Program-made: the position numbers and the translations under genes
Shown here: positions 20,667 to 30,074 of the stretch, piece by piece
Position numbering within the stretch: position 1 is the stretch's first letter
How the letters are laid out: the number at the start of each line of letters is the position of its first letter
Notes under the pieces: model-generated
Seen by the model: the letters and a program-made list of their open reading frames with translations, nothing else
Told to the model about the DNA's origin: nothing
Databases searched by the model: none
DNA from: Candidatus Parcubacteria bacterium
GTDB taxonomy: Bacteria > Patescibacteriota > Minisyncoccia > Phycocordibacterales > CAIZLB01
Direction of reading: 5' to 3'
Length of the DNA stretch: 64,000 bases
Assembly (NCBI GenBank): GCA_039795775.1
Contig: JBDKLC010000003.1
Span: 797-64,796 of the forward strand

Positions 20667-21155
20667 CTAGATTTTTTTGAGCAGTGTGACTTCTCGATCA
20701 ACGTATCCTTTTGCTTGGTAAAACAAGTGTGAATCAGTATTCGGAGCAAAAACTCCTACAAGAACAACATCGCATCCTTTTGATTTAAAATAGTCTTCGA
20801 GCGTTTTTATTAACAGACTTCCCACACCTTTTCCACGAGCTTCGTCTTGAACATATAATTCTCTAATCCATGCAGGGTGAGAGGGAATCACTTCGAGAGT
20901 GCCACCTTTTGCTTCTGGTTGTATTGTTCCTGCAATAAATCCGATAGCAACATTATTGTCTACTGCAAAATAAATTTTCCCATCTTTTTCAGCAATAGCT
21001 TTGAGTAATGCGTCTGTATAACTTTCACCATATCCTGGCGAGATAATTTGTCTCAGAAGTGGGTCTATATCTACAATGTGTTTTTGTAGACTCTCAATAC
21101 ATGTAATAAGTAGCTGTTTGTCTTGATCTGTATATTCTCGAGTAGTAATAGTCAT
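20667..21155 (-). CDS. GNAT family N-acetyltransferase
   Basis: LYV..EARGKGVGSLL, N..SHLFYQAKGY. Confidence 0.9.
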   Translation of the reverse strand: MTITTREYTDQDKQLLITCIESLQKHIVDIDPLLRQIISPGYGESYTDALLKAIAEKDGKIYFAVDNNVAIGFIAGTIQPEAKGGTLEVIPSHPAWIRELYVQDEARGKGVGSLLIKTLEDYFKSKGCDVVLVGVFAPNTDSHLFYQAKGYVDREVTLLKKI

Positions 21156-21176
21156 ATGTATAGTATATATAATTTT

Positions 21177-21629
21177 TTATTCAAACGTGTATGTGAGAAC
21201 AAACTGATTTCCTTCTTGTTTAACAAACTTAAATCCTAATTTAGTATAGAAGCTATTTGCAGCTTTGTTGACTTCGTGGACTTCAAGAGTAATTGGAGTC
21301 TTTGTTTTTTTAGCTTCATTGATGATGTCTCTCATAATAGAACTTCCAATACCTTTACCCTGAAATTCGGGGAGGAGTTGAATACCCCCAATATAGATTT
21401 CTTCTTTTGAGCGTACAACGCGAAGCCGGCCAACATCTTTTCCATCGTACTGAATAACTTGAACTTTCTCTGCAGGATATTTTTCTTTGTACTCAGCTAA
21501 GCCTTTCTCCATATCTACTATTTTGTCTGGGTCATTAGCCAATCGAACAGGCGACATGGCGGTATGAACAACTGTAAAGAGAAACGGTTGATCAGCTTCT
21601 GTTGCTTGGCGAAGAGAATAATTTACCAT
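21177..21629 (-). CDS. GNAT family N-acetyltransferase
   Basis: LLPEFQGKGIGS, NKAANSFYTKLGF. Confidence 0.9.
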   Translation of the reverse strand: MVNYSLRQATEADQPFLFTVVHTAMSPVRLANDPDKIVDMEKGLAEYKEKYPAEKVQVIQYDGKDVGRLRVVRSKEEIYIGGIQLLPEFQGKGIGSSIMRDIINEAKKTKTPITLEVHEVNKAANSFYTKLGFKFVKQEGNQFVLTYTFE

Positions 21630-21647
21630 TGAGGTATTTTGTTTTTG

Positions 21648-21720
21648 TGCGCCCGGTAGGAATCGAACCTACGACCCTCTGCTTAAAAGGCAGGTGCTCT
21701 ACCAACTGAGCTACGAGCGC
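21648..21720 (-). tRNA. tRNA-Lys(TTT)
   Basis: GCGCTCGTAGCTCAGTTGGTAGAGC..CT-TTT-AA..GGTTCGATTCC..GGGCGCA cloverleaf. Confidence 0.95.
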
Positions 21721-21826
21721 ATGTATAAAGTCGTACGCTAACACGACAGTGCTAAAAAATATATCAAAAAATCCTAAAAAGTCCAACTTTTAGGCCAAAC
21801 TCACTTAGGAGCTCGATTTGAATACA

Positions 21827-22231
21827 TTAGAACGGAAGATCAACTGCAGGAATTCCGGCGCCTGTAAGAATGAGAGAAAGGGAGATAAAGAAGAGGAGAA
21901 TGTAGATACTTGAAGGGCTGAACATGAGTGTGGGTTCTCGTTTTTTGATGATATATGAAACGAGCATGATAATTGCTGTAATGATTGCCGCGATCTGTGT
22001 AGCGAGACCAAGAATAAGACAAATACCAACTACGATCTGAAGAATACCGAGGAGGGTGAGGTAGACACTTGCTGGTTTGAGGCCAATTGAGGCAAAGAAA
22101 TTCATTTTGTGTTCTCGTTCTTTTGTAAGCTTGTTCCAACCAAAATTAATGATAAAAAGACCGAGAACTACTCGAAGCAAAAGAGGCGCAAACAACACAT
22201 AGTCGAGAAGCATTGGAAATGGATTTAACAT
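21827..22231 (-). CDS. DoxX family membrane protein
   Basis: PLLLRVVLG.F...GWNKL, GICLILGLATQIAA, LTGAG..AVD. Confidence 0.85.
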   Translation of the reverse strand: MLNPFPMLLDYVLFAPLLLRVVLGLFIINFGWNKLTKEREHKMNFFASIGLKPASVYLTLLGILQIVVGICLILGLATQIAAIITAIIMLVSYIIKKREPTLMFSPSSIYILLFFISLSLILTGAGIPAVDLPF

Positions 22232-22253
22232 AAGAATATGCTAGCATGGCCCT

Positions 22254-22754
22254 ATGAAAATGAAAACAAAAGTTTCACTTATCCTCCCAGACATTCGAAG
22301 CGCCCATAATGTTGGGTCTATTTTTCGTACAGCTGATGCTGCTGGTGTAGAAAAGGTATACATCGCCGGATACACTCCTTGCCCCGTCGATAAGTATGGA
22401 CGTGTTCAAAATGAAATTGCAAAGACAGCCCTCGGAGGAGAAAAAAGTGTTACATGGGAGTATTGCTCATCTGTTGGGCCACTTCTTACTCGTTTGAAAA
22501 AGAGAGGAGATGTGTTGCTGATTGCCTTAGAACAAGATGCTACATCCGTCGATTACAAAAAGTTGAAAGGTCTTGTGAAAAAGTCCGGAGCGTCAGAAAA
22601 ACAAATTTGTATAGTTTTAGGAAATGAAGTGAAAGGACTTCCTAAAAATATTTTAAAGAAAATGGACATAATCGCTGAAATTTCTATGAAAGGGGAGAAG
22701 GAGTCTTTGAATGTGTCAGTTGCTACTGGGATTTTGTTGTTTAGCTTGATGTAG
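22254..22754 (+). CDS. SpoU/TrmH family RNA methyltransferase
   Basis: IRSAHNVGSIFRTADAAG, GNEVKG, ESLNVSVA. Confidence 0.92.
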   Translation: MKMKTKVSLILPDIRSAHNVGSIFRTADAAGVEKVYIAGYTPCPVDKYGRVQNEIAKTALGGEKSVTWEYCSSVGPLLTRLKKRGDVLLIALEQDATSVDYKKLKGLVKKSGASEKQICIVLGNEVKGLPKNILKKMDIIAEISMKGEKESLNVSVATGILLFSLM

Positions 22755-22909
22755 TGATAGGTATAAGCGATGTGAAGGTTGTGAAGGCGACGTCGGTTGG
22801 GAGAGGAAATAGTCATCGTAGAATGTTGTTAAAAGTAGGAATTTTTCCTACTTTTACTAAGTACAGACTAAACATAGTATGTATTGATTCAGATGTACTG
22901 ATTCAGCTA

Positions 22910-23830
22910 CTATTTTTCTTGATGCGTGTCACAAAAATGAGCGCTTCTGCCACCAACTACTTTTCGTACAATTTTGCCTCCACAGCCACGCTTTCGACAC
23001 TCTTTCCCAGTTCGTCGATATGCTTCGTGATGATCCTGAAATTTTCCACGTTCTCCGTCTATGTTTCTATAGTCTGACATTGAGTCACCACCGAAATCTA
23101 TTCCTCGCTCAAGAGTTTCTTTCACCGCTTTAAGCATAGCTTTAACTTTATCTTCAGGAATTTTTGATACGGTAGTTTCTGGGTGGACACCAGCTCGCCA
23201 AAGCACTTCATCAGAATAAATATTGCCGATACCCGATATCAAAGTTTGATCCATCAAAACAGATTTTATTTTTCCGTTTGGCTTTTTATTTATTCTTTCT
23301 TTAAAAACATTTAATGTAAATTGTGCATCGAGTGGCTCAGGACCTATATGCTGTAAGTCTGGGGAAGTGGAAAGACTTTCTGTATCGAGGAGTGTCACTT
23401 TTGCAAACTTTCTCATATCAGAAAGAACAAGCTGTGTATTGTTTGAGAATGTAATTACAAAATGAATGAATCTATTGAATGGGTCGGCAAGCGGTCCATC
23501 TGCCTCAACAGGTGACCAGGGATCTTTTGCTTTCGATGTATCAATTCGATATTTTCCAAACATCATGTGACCCGTCATTTTCATATGTACAAGAATAGTC
23601 TTACCATTTGAGAGATGGATCAAAATGTTTTTTGCACGACGAGATGCTCCGACAATATTTGCTCCGATGACAGCTTTGGAAAATTCAGTAAAAAATGATG
23701 GATTCTTAATATTGTCCTTTTGTGAGTGGAAAGGACTATTGTAGTCGGTCCACACATCTTTGATGGTGAGACCTTTTGCAACTCTATGAATACCGTTGAC
23801 GGTAGTTTGAACTTCGGGGAGTTCTGGCAT
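22910..23830 (-). CDS. mutM: Formamidopyrimidine-DNA glycosylase
   Basis: MPELPEV N-terminus, HMKMTG, GIGNIYSDE H2TH, C-terminal zinc finger. Confidence 0.96.
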   Translation of the reverse strand: MPELPEVQTTVNGIHRVAKGLTIKDVWTDYNSPFHSQKDNIKNPSFFTEFSKAVIGANIVGASRRAKNILIHLSNGKTILVHMKMTGHMMFGKYRIDTSKAKDPWSPVEADGPLADPFNRFIHFVITFSNNTQLVLSDMRKFAKVTLLDTESLSTSPDLQHIGPEPLDAQFTLNVFKERINKKPNGKIKSVLMDQTLISGIGNIYSDEVLWRAGVHPETTVSKIPEDKVKAMLKAVKETLERGIDFGGDSMSDYRNIDGERGKFQDHHEAYRRTGKECRKRGCGGKIVRKVVGGRSAHFCDTHQEK

Positions 23831-23837
23831 AGGACAG

Positions 23838-24425
23838 CTATTTAGATGTACCGAGGACTCGGAGGGCTGCCTTTACCTTTTCGCCGGGGTCTTTAATATC
23901 TCGAGAAATACCTTCTAGAGCGTCACGTGCTTCTTTGTGGCTATATCCAAGGGCTTTGAGGGCTTCTACTGCATCAACATCGCTCTGACCGGCAAGACCA
24001 GCTCCAGCCGCCGATTCTTCGGTTGTGTAGACCACCTTATCTTTCAACTCCAAGACAATCTTGTCAGCAATCTTTTTTCCAATACCTGAAATCTTTGTGA
24101 GATAGGCTGTTTCGCCAGTAATAATAGCTTCTTTGAGAGATTTGATAGATGTCGCACTCAAAATACCGAGAGCTGATTTTGGTCCTATACCAGAGATAGT
24201 GATCAAAAGTTCAAAAAATTCTAAATTTTCTTTATCCAAAAAGCCATACAAGTCGAGAGCGTCTTCTCGTACTACTGTATGAATCCAAAGCCCAACTTGC
24301 TCACCCACAGCGAGGGTATTGAGAACTTCGGTAGGGGAAGCCACTTTATAGCCAACATTTCCCGTGTCGATAATAAGATATTTGAGGTCTTTATGGAGTA
24401 CTGTGCCTCGTAGGTATGCGATCAT
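23838..24425 (-). CDS. ruvA: Holliday junction DNA-binding protein RuvA
   Basis: MIAYLRG, VREDALDLYGF, ISGIGPKSAL, ALKALGY. Confidence 0.96.
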   Translation of the reverse strand: MIAYLRGTVLHKDLKYLIIDTGNVGYKVASPTEVLNTLAVGEQVGLWIHTVVREDALDLYGFLDKENLEFFELLITISGIGPKSALGILSATSIKSLKEAIITGETAYLTKISGIGKKIADKIVLELKDKVVYTTEESAAGAGLAGQSDVDAVEALKALGYSHKEARDALEGISRDIKDPGEKVKAALRVLGTSK

Positions 24426-24505
24426 GGGTTCATTGTAGCAAATTTGATATCAGTAATGCAGTAAGTATTGCAAATACTGCCATTTTCTGTTATTCTCACA
24501 GCAAT

Positions 24506-24772
24506 ATGCCAATTACACGATCAGCGAAAAAAGCGCTTCGAGGCTCAGAAAAAAAGCGAGTATTCAATCTTCGACGAAAGAAGAAGCTTGATACTGCGGT
24601 AAAAGAAGTGAAGAAATTTGTAACAGCGGCTGAAAAAGTTGCTGCACAGAAAGCTCTCTCTCTTGCATACCAGGCTATCGACAAAGCAGCAAAAAACGGT
24701 CTCATCAAAAAGGGAGCGGCTGCACGAAAGAAGTCTCGAATCAGTGCTTCAGTACGAAAACTCGTAAAATAA
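24506..24772 (+). CDS. rpsT: 30S ribosomal protein S20
   Basis: MPITRSAKKALR...IDKAAKNGLIKKGAAARKKSR. Confidence 0.96.
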   Translation: MPITRSAKKALRGSEKKRVFNLRRKKKLDTAVKEVKKFVTAAEKVAAQKALSLAYQAIDKAAKNGLIKKGAAARKKSRISASVRKLVK

Positions 24773-24843
24773 TACGAACTTCGAACTCAAATAAAAAACT
24801 CCAGACATGTGCTGGAGTTTTTTATTATTTCTTTATGAAATCT

Positions 24844-25410
24844 TTACATTCCAACTGAAGGGTTTTCCCGCTGTTTTGATTTGAATTCACCGGCGAGATG
24901 CATGATCTTATCTTTCACAAACTGAGGATTTGGAATCTGCATGAAGAGAAAGTGTTTTTCATTTGCCGCAGTTTGAATCTGTACGTCACCATAGTTCATC
25001 ATTGTTGGTACAGCTCCTTCAATGGTGAATGACACATCCTGAATATTTCCAAGGCTGAGTTCGGCCACGGTTCGGTTGAAAAATCCATGCTGACGACTAT
25101 CAATCACTCGAAGGTTGGTTACAATCCACGCATCGAGGGAATACATAGTGAGAACATAGAACAACATGTACCACAGGAAGAGATAATATGCCGCCCAGAG
25201 GAACGCAAAGAGTCCCATCATGTTGTATTTGATAATGAGCGAACCCGCGGCGATAACAACGATGAATGGAATAAAACCCGCCATGACGATGTAAGCAATC
25301 TTGCTAACGAGCGTGTACCAGTGTCGATGGAGGAAGATGTGTACTTCTTCACCTTCTTTTTTCCCATCAAAAGAATAGTGAGTATTTTTAAAAAATGAAA
25401 AGGTAATCAT
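24844..25410 (-). CDS. Membrane protein with bacterial PH domain
   Basis: Two TMs then WIVTNLRVID..Q.GFFNR, IQDVS, YGDVQIQTA. Confidence 0.8.
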   Translation of the reverse strand: MITFSFFKNTHYSFDGKKEGEEVHIFLHRHWYTLVSKIAYIVMAGFIPFIVVIAAGSLIIKYNMMGLFAFLWAAYYLFLWYMLFYVLTMYSLDAWIVTNLRVIDSRQHGFFNRTVAELSLGNIQDVSFTIEGAVPTMMNYGDVQIQTAANEKHFLFMQIPNPQFVKDKIMHLAGEFKSKQRENPSVGM

Positions 25411-25411
25411 A

Positions 25412-25675
25412 TTAGTAGGTGTTTAACAATTTTTGGGGATTAACGTCACAGCAGATCTCTTTGTTTTTAAGGGAGCCAAAGTTAATTTGTGTAAAGAGAA
25501 TCGTTGCGAGAAGAGAGAGAACAAGAGCCCCACCCAAAAACACTACAGCGAGCTTTCTTGGGGTAGTGCTGACACCGAATCGAATAAGATGATACAAAAT
25601 AAAAAATACACCAAGCCAATAAATAGCCATAGCTACAGCATATGCAAGTCCGAAGTATACGTAGAGGTTAGACAT
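25412..25675 (-). CDS. Small hypothetical membrane protein
   Basis: Two hydrophobic helices, YHLIRFG; TATACT-6 nt-ATG upstream. Confidence 0.7.
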   Translation of the reverse strand: MSNLYVYFGLAYAVAMAIYWLGVFFILYHLIRFGVSTTPRKLAVVFLGGALVLSLLATILFTQINFGSLKNKEICCDVNPQKLLNTY

Positions 25676-25761
25676 GCTTTTAGTATATCAAATTCATTTT
25701 GTTTGAGCCTCTTCTCCATGAATTTGGTACAATAGATGAGTTATACATTTATTTTAGAACT

Positions 25762-26298
25762 ATGAGCGAAGCCGCCCCAAACACCCTTGAAGGAATTTCA
25801 GCTGAACAAAGAGAGCTTATTATGAACTACTTGAGACAGAGCTCACTCTCTGAAATAACAGCCGAATCTCGAGCTGTAACACCTGAAGAAGAAGTTCTTG
25901 CAGAACGGCTTTTGTCTTTAGGCTTAGAGCCAAGAGATGGTGCTCTCGATAGACATTACAAGCACGGTGATTCAAACTTCACCCCGGATGTTGCTTTAAA
26001 AGATGCTGCTTTTGCATCAGCAGGGTTTGATGCAGGTTCTGTACGAGTTGTACGACACAATGTTGTTTTAAATACAGGCCTTGCACAGCAGTTGGCACTC
26101 AAAATTATAAATCTTGTTCGGGCTGAGAAAAGTGGTGAAGAAGACGACGCTCAAATTCAAGAAAAAGATATTCCTGGTGGAGTGATTTTTCTTGGAAAGG
26201 TTGTATTTGGTGCCAATCCAGGAGAAGACAGATATGAAAATTTAACAGAAGCCGATACACTGCAGATTGAACAGTTTTTTCAAGGTAAGAAGGCTTAG
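25762..26298 (+). CDS. Hypothetical acidic cytoplasmic protein
   Basis: Long ORF in host-like codon usage; likely start MSEAAP. Confidence 0.6.
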   Translation: MSEAAPNTLEGISAEQRELIMNYLRQSSLSEITAESRAVTPEEEVLAERLLSLGLEPRDGALDRHYKHGDSNFTPDVALKDAAFASAGFDAGSVRVVRHNVVLNTGLAQQLALKIINLVRAEKSGEEDDAQIQEKDIPGGVIFLGKVVFGANPGEDRYENLTEADTLQIEQFFQGKKA

Positions 26299-26357
26299 TT
26301 TCGAATAGAATTCGATAAATAAAAAAGACCAACTCGAGTTGGTCTTTTTTATTAAGG

Positions 26358-26429
26358 TGCCCTCGTTAGGAATCGAACCTAAATTTAGAGTTCCGCAAAC
26401 TCTTGTCCTATCCGTTGAACGACGAGAGC
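26358..26429 (-). tRNA. tRNA-Arg(GCG)
   Basis: GCTCTCGTCGTTCAACGGATAGGAC AGAGT-TT-GCG-GA-ACTCT ..GGTTCGATTCC..CGAGGGCA. Confidence 0.9.
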
Positions 26430-26473
26430 GTAGTGGCAGTAAGCCCTACAGCGAAAAAAATAACATATGTAGA

Positions 26474-26953
26474 TTAAAAACCCAAGTACTCGAGAACTTT
26501 TTGTGCAAGAGGCTCTGAGTGTTCGTCTTCAGGAAGGTGATCAAAGAGAAAATCTCGGAGTTCTTTTGGATCGATAGTTGAAGCGAGGGGAATAACAAGA
26601 AGATGCACAGCCATCTTTTTTGATTTTAAAATAAGTTTTGATTGGAGGTTGATGTGAGAATCATCTTCGACACAAAAAGAATGTAAAGAAGAGTAGGGGT
26701 AGAGAGTCTTTCCGATAATGACACCCGTAAGATTTACTTCAAATCGAACGAGATCTGGTTTTCGAGAAGCATATAAAGCAAGGGAGAATGCACTTAGGAG
26801 GAGAAGAAGTGCAAAAAGCATATTACCAAAAATGATTGCGAGCACTGTAGCAGACACTGCAATGATACCAACAGACCAATACCAATCACTTGTTTTTTCT
26901 TGGTGGAGATATTCGTGTTCTTCCCAGATATAAGGTCCTTTGAGTCGTGCCAT
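26474..26953 (-). CDS. Conserved hypothetical membrane protein (two TMs plus PH-like domain)
   Basis: WEEHEY.HQEKTSDWYW, two TMs, YPYSSLHSF, LPEDEHSEP..LGF C-terminus typical of Parcubacteria. Confidence 0.7.
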   Translation of the reverse strand: MARLKGPYIWEEHEYLHQEKTSDWYWSVGIIAVSATVLAIIFGNMLFALLLLLSAFSLALYASRKPDLVRFEVNLTGVIIGKTLYPYSSLHSFCVEDDSHINLQSKLILKSKKMAVHLLVIPLASTIDPKELRDFLFDHLPEDEHSEPLAQKVLEYLGF

Positions 26954-27019
26954 ATATGAGAATTGTATCACGTATCAACCTGTTGAAAAGATGTGAATGA
27001 GATTTATATAAATAAAATT

Positions 27020-27127
27020 GGTGAGATTCGGTCACACATAAAATTGCTGTGCAATTTTTGCGCGACCCCGCCTCGCTTGCAGCAATTCACTTCGCTCATA
27101 TAGCTGCTGTGCTCCGGCTTTCGAATC
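27020..27127 (-). repeat. tRNA-associated structured repeat element, copy 1
   Basis: GATTCG-aa-AGCCGGAGC-hairpin-GCGAGGCGGG-GTCG-hairpin-GTGAC-CGAATCTCACC; shares blocks with 46803-46898. Confidence 0.65.
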
Positions 27128-27317
27128 TTTCTACCTAAAGCAGCGTAAAAGAAAACACCCACCCTCGAAAGGGTAGGTGTTTTCTTTTGTGTGCGGGCCA
27201 TGTGAGTTAAGTACCCACGCTCTAAGGCCTTGTAAGGGTATTCTAGCACTTCTGGATGGGTCTTGTTGAGGCAAGTGAGTCGCTATCCCATTTTCACAAA
27301 ATGAGACACCTGAAGCC

Positions 27318-28325
27318 CTATTCTTTTTTTGGCTCACTTTTGGCCTCCTCTTCTACAGGCTTCTCGGGCTTTTCATCAATAGAATCAACCTTTAATATGG
27401 ACTTCGACCCCTCGTGCATTTGAAAGCTTAAATCAGGGTATGACTGCTCGATCTCGTTTTCTTTCAAAGTCGACATGTACTCCAGAATCTTGTAACCCCC
27501 TAGGACTTCTTTGGGATCTTTGTGCATAAACCAAGGTTCTGAATGATACCAATCCTTACCGTCTTTTTGGAATTTAACTAACGGCCATTTCGTCACCTCT
27601 TTAGGAGGTAGGATGCCTTCATGGTCTTCTATGAGGAATAACTGATAGTGAATACGGTCTGAAGGACCTTTGATGATTCGTGGCTTTAAGAGACCTTCTT
27701 TTACAAATCTCCTGACCGCATTCGGCTTCATAAAGAAACTACTTTCAAAATCATGCACGGAGTACCAGCTCTCATGGTCACTTGCCACTGACGGTGGAAT
27801 TACTTTTTTATCCAACGCATCCTGACAAATTAAACATTTGATACCGTTCTCGTCATACCATGTCTGTTCATCGGAGACAGAGTTGTGACAGACACAGCAA
27901 GTATATCCTTTGCCTTCTAGATGAAAGCCTTTCGGATTTTCTTCTAATTTTTTCTTCCGCCCTAAATCTGTTATAGCAAAATCATACATAAGCTTGGCAT
28001 AGTTCGTAAGCCAAAGATCTGCCTCAAAGAGTTCATGATCAGTGATTTCTCGTCCTCGTTCTTTTTCTAATAACTTTCTTAACTCTTCTTTGCGGTCTTC
28101 TTTTTTCTTTTCAGCCTTTGCCTGACTTTGGATGTTACGACGAGGTTGTTGAATAGGAGGTGGTACGTATTCTGGTTCTTTGTAGATTGGTTGCGTCGGT
28201 CTCGGTTCTACTCTGGGAGATGGTCTTTCTATTTCCGAAACACTAGCACGCTTAATTGCCTTACCGCAATTTCCGCAGAAGTTATCTTCTGAATTAGTTT
28301 TGTTTCCGCAATTCGTGCAAAACAT
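27318..28325 (-). CDS. Zinc-ribbon protein with second Cys cluster and HTH-like segment
   Basis: N-terminal CTNC..CGNC, Pro/Gln linker, CCVC..CLIC, YSVHDF...AVRRFVKEGLLKPR. Confidence 0.7.
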   Translation of the reverse strand: MFCTNCGNKTNSEDNFCGNCGKAIKRASVSEIERPSPRVEPRPTQPIYKEPEYVPPPIQQPRRNIQSQAKAEKKKEDRKEELRKLLEKERGREITDHELFEADLWLTNYAKLMYDFAITDLGRKKKLEENPKGFHLEGKGYTCCVCHNSVSDEQTWYDENGIKCLICQDALDKKVIPPSVASDHESWYSVHDFESSFFMKPNAVRRFVKEGLLKPRIIKGPSDRIHYQLFLIEDHEGILPPKEVTKWPLVKFQKDGKDWYHSEPWFMHKDPKEVLGGYKILEYMSTLKENEIEQSYPDLSFQMHEGSKSILKVDSIDEKPEKPVEEEAKSEPKKE

Positions 28326-28697
28326 ATTACATATTTTACCAATTATTTTTTCTTAAAACACTACAAATCGGACAAAAATTCATAGTACTCAAAATCCAGT
28401 TGCGCCGGGGAAACATTTAGTTATCCACATAAAAATCGATTATATACTCTGTTGCGAAAAACTGAGGTTGCTACAATGTATTCATAACTAGCGGTTTGAG
28501 GTGATTACGAAAATCCTCATTCTAAACAGTGACAGTTTCCTTGTTGCACACGGCAGACAAGAACATAATCACTGACCCATTCGCTCGAGGGTTCTAAATT
28601 TTAAAACGAATAAGCGATCTCTACTCTGGGGATTGCGAACATAAATTATTTGAATCCGTGAACAGAGAAATTATTAAAGTAATTTCTAATTTTTGCT

Positions 28698-30074
28698 ATG
28701 CAAACAAATACAGGTGGCTCAACGCGTTCACATGAACGTGACCTTAAAATTGAGTATGTCCCTTTATCAACCCTATCTTCTCCCGACTATAACCCTCGGA
28801 CATGGAGCAAGGAAACGACTGAGCAACTCAAAGAAAGTATCAACAGATACGGAGTCGTTGATCCTCTGCTTGTTAACTCCGCAGAGAATCGTAAAGGCAT
28901 TGTTATCGGAGGAAACTTCAGACTTTCAGTTCTCAAGGAATTGAATTTTGAAACCGTGCCAGTTGTCTACATAAATATTCCTGATCTCAAGAAAGAAAAG
29001 GAATTGTGTATTCGACTCAACAAGAACCAAGGCGAATGGGATCTTGAACTTCTTTCAAAGTTTGATGAGGCAATACTGAAAGATATAGGTTTCAATTCAG
29101 AATCGCTTGATGATATTTTCGAGGAAGATGACAAAGAAGAACAATTCGACTTACAGAAAGAACTCGACAAATTAAATATCGAAAGTATCAGTGTTCAGAA
29201 GGGTGATGTCTACGACCTCGACGGTTCTCGCCTCATGTGCGGAGACTCAACTATAGAATCCGACATGATGAAGCTATGCGGAGAAGAAAAGGTAGATATG
29301 GTAATGACTGATCCTCCGTATATACTCGACTATCTTCATGGAAAGACTAAACACGGTGAAGCCACTACTGGTTTCGGTGCAAAGAAGAATCGAAGGTACT
29401 TGGAGACTGAAAGTTTGCCTGACAATTTCACTGAGTTATGGATGAACAACGTGAAGAAAGTACAGGCAGAAAACTTCTCAATCATCTGTTATGAGAACTG
29501 GAAGAACATTCGTACCATTTGGGGCGAAATGGAAAAGCATTGGAAAGTTCGCAATATGATCGTCTGGCATCTTCCAAACAGAAACCAAGGGTATGCAGGA
29601 AAGCACAAGTTCTTCTCAAAACATGACATTGCAATGGTTGGCACAAGTGAAAATCATGAAGGAGTCGATCCTGAAGCGGAGGCTGATCCATTGCTTGAGA
29701 ACGAATACCAGACTGCGCTATTCGCTATCAACAAGAGTCCTCATTGGGAATCATATGGTAAAGGTAAGAAATATTGCCCGACCGACTTCATTGACTACAA
29801 TGCAGCCGACGAGAAGTCTTCTGGCCAAGGAATCATATTCGGAACTAAGCCAACAGAAATATTAGTTCCGTACATAAAGGTATTAACTAGACGAGATCAA
29901 ACAGTACTTGAACCATTCTGCGGAAGCGGGAGTACATTGATTGCAAGTACAAAATTGAAAAGACGATGCTTCATCATGGAAAAATCACCAGTCTATGCGG
30001 AGGTCGCGCTTAATCGCTGGGAAAAGTTTACCGGCAAGAAAAGAGTAAAAATCAATGTACAGCCGACATGTTAA
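28698..30074 (+). CDS. ParB-like N-terminal domain fused to N6/N4 DNA methyltransferase (beta class)
   Basis: DYNPR..INRYGVVDPL..GGNFRL ParB domain; TDPPY motif IV; EPFCGSGST motif I. Confidence 0.9.
   Translation: MQTNTGGSTRSHERDLKIEYVPLSTLSSPDYNPRTWSKETTEQLKESINRYGVVDPLLVNSAENRKGIVIGGNFRLSVLKELNFETVPVVYINIPDLKKEKELCIRLNKNQGEWDLELLSKFDEAILKDIGFNSESLDDIFEEDDKEEQFDLQKELDKLNIESISVQKGDVYDLDGSRLMCGDSTIESDMMKLCGEEKVDMVMTDPPYILDYLHGKTKHGEATTGFGAKKNRRYLETESLPDNFTELWMNNVKKVQAENFSIICYENWKNIRTIWGEMEKHWKVRNMIVWHLPNRNQGYAGKHKFFSKHDIAMVGTSENHEGVDPEAEADPLLENEYQTALFAINKSPHWESYGKGKKYCPTDFIDYNAADEKSSGQGIIFGTKPTEILVPYIKVLTRRDQTVLEPFCGSGSTLIASTKLKRRCFIMEKSPVYAEVALNRWEKFTGKKRVKINVQPTC

Noticed and set aside
10081-24425. 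Split of ruvA from ruvB/ruvC as a sign of rearrangement by a mobile element
   Set aside because: No boundary repeats or mobility genes; dispersed ruv genes are unremarkable
27190-27265. Degenerate tRNA upstream of the terminator hairpin on the minus strand (ends ..GGCCCGCAC)
   Set aside because: No D- or T-arm consensus could be folded; at most a 3' remnant
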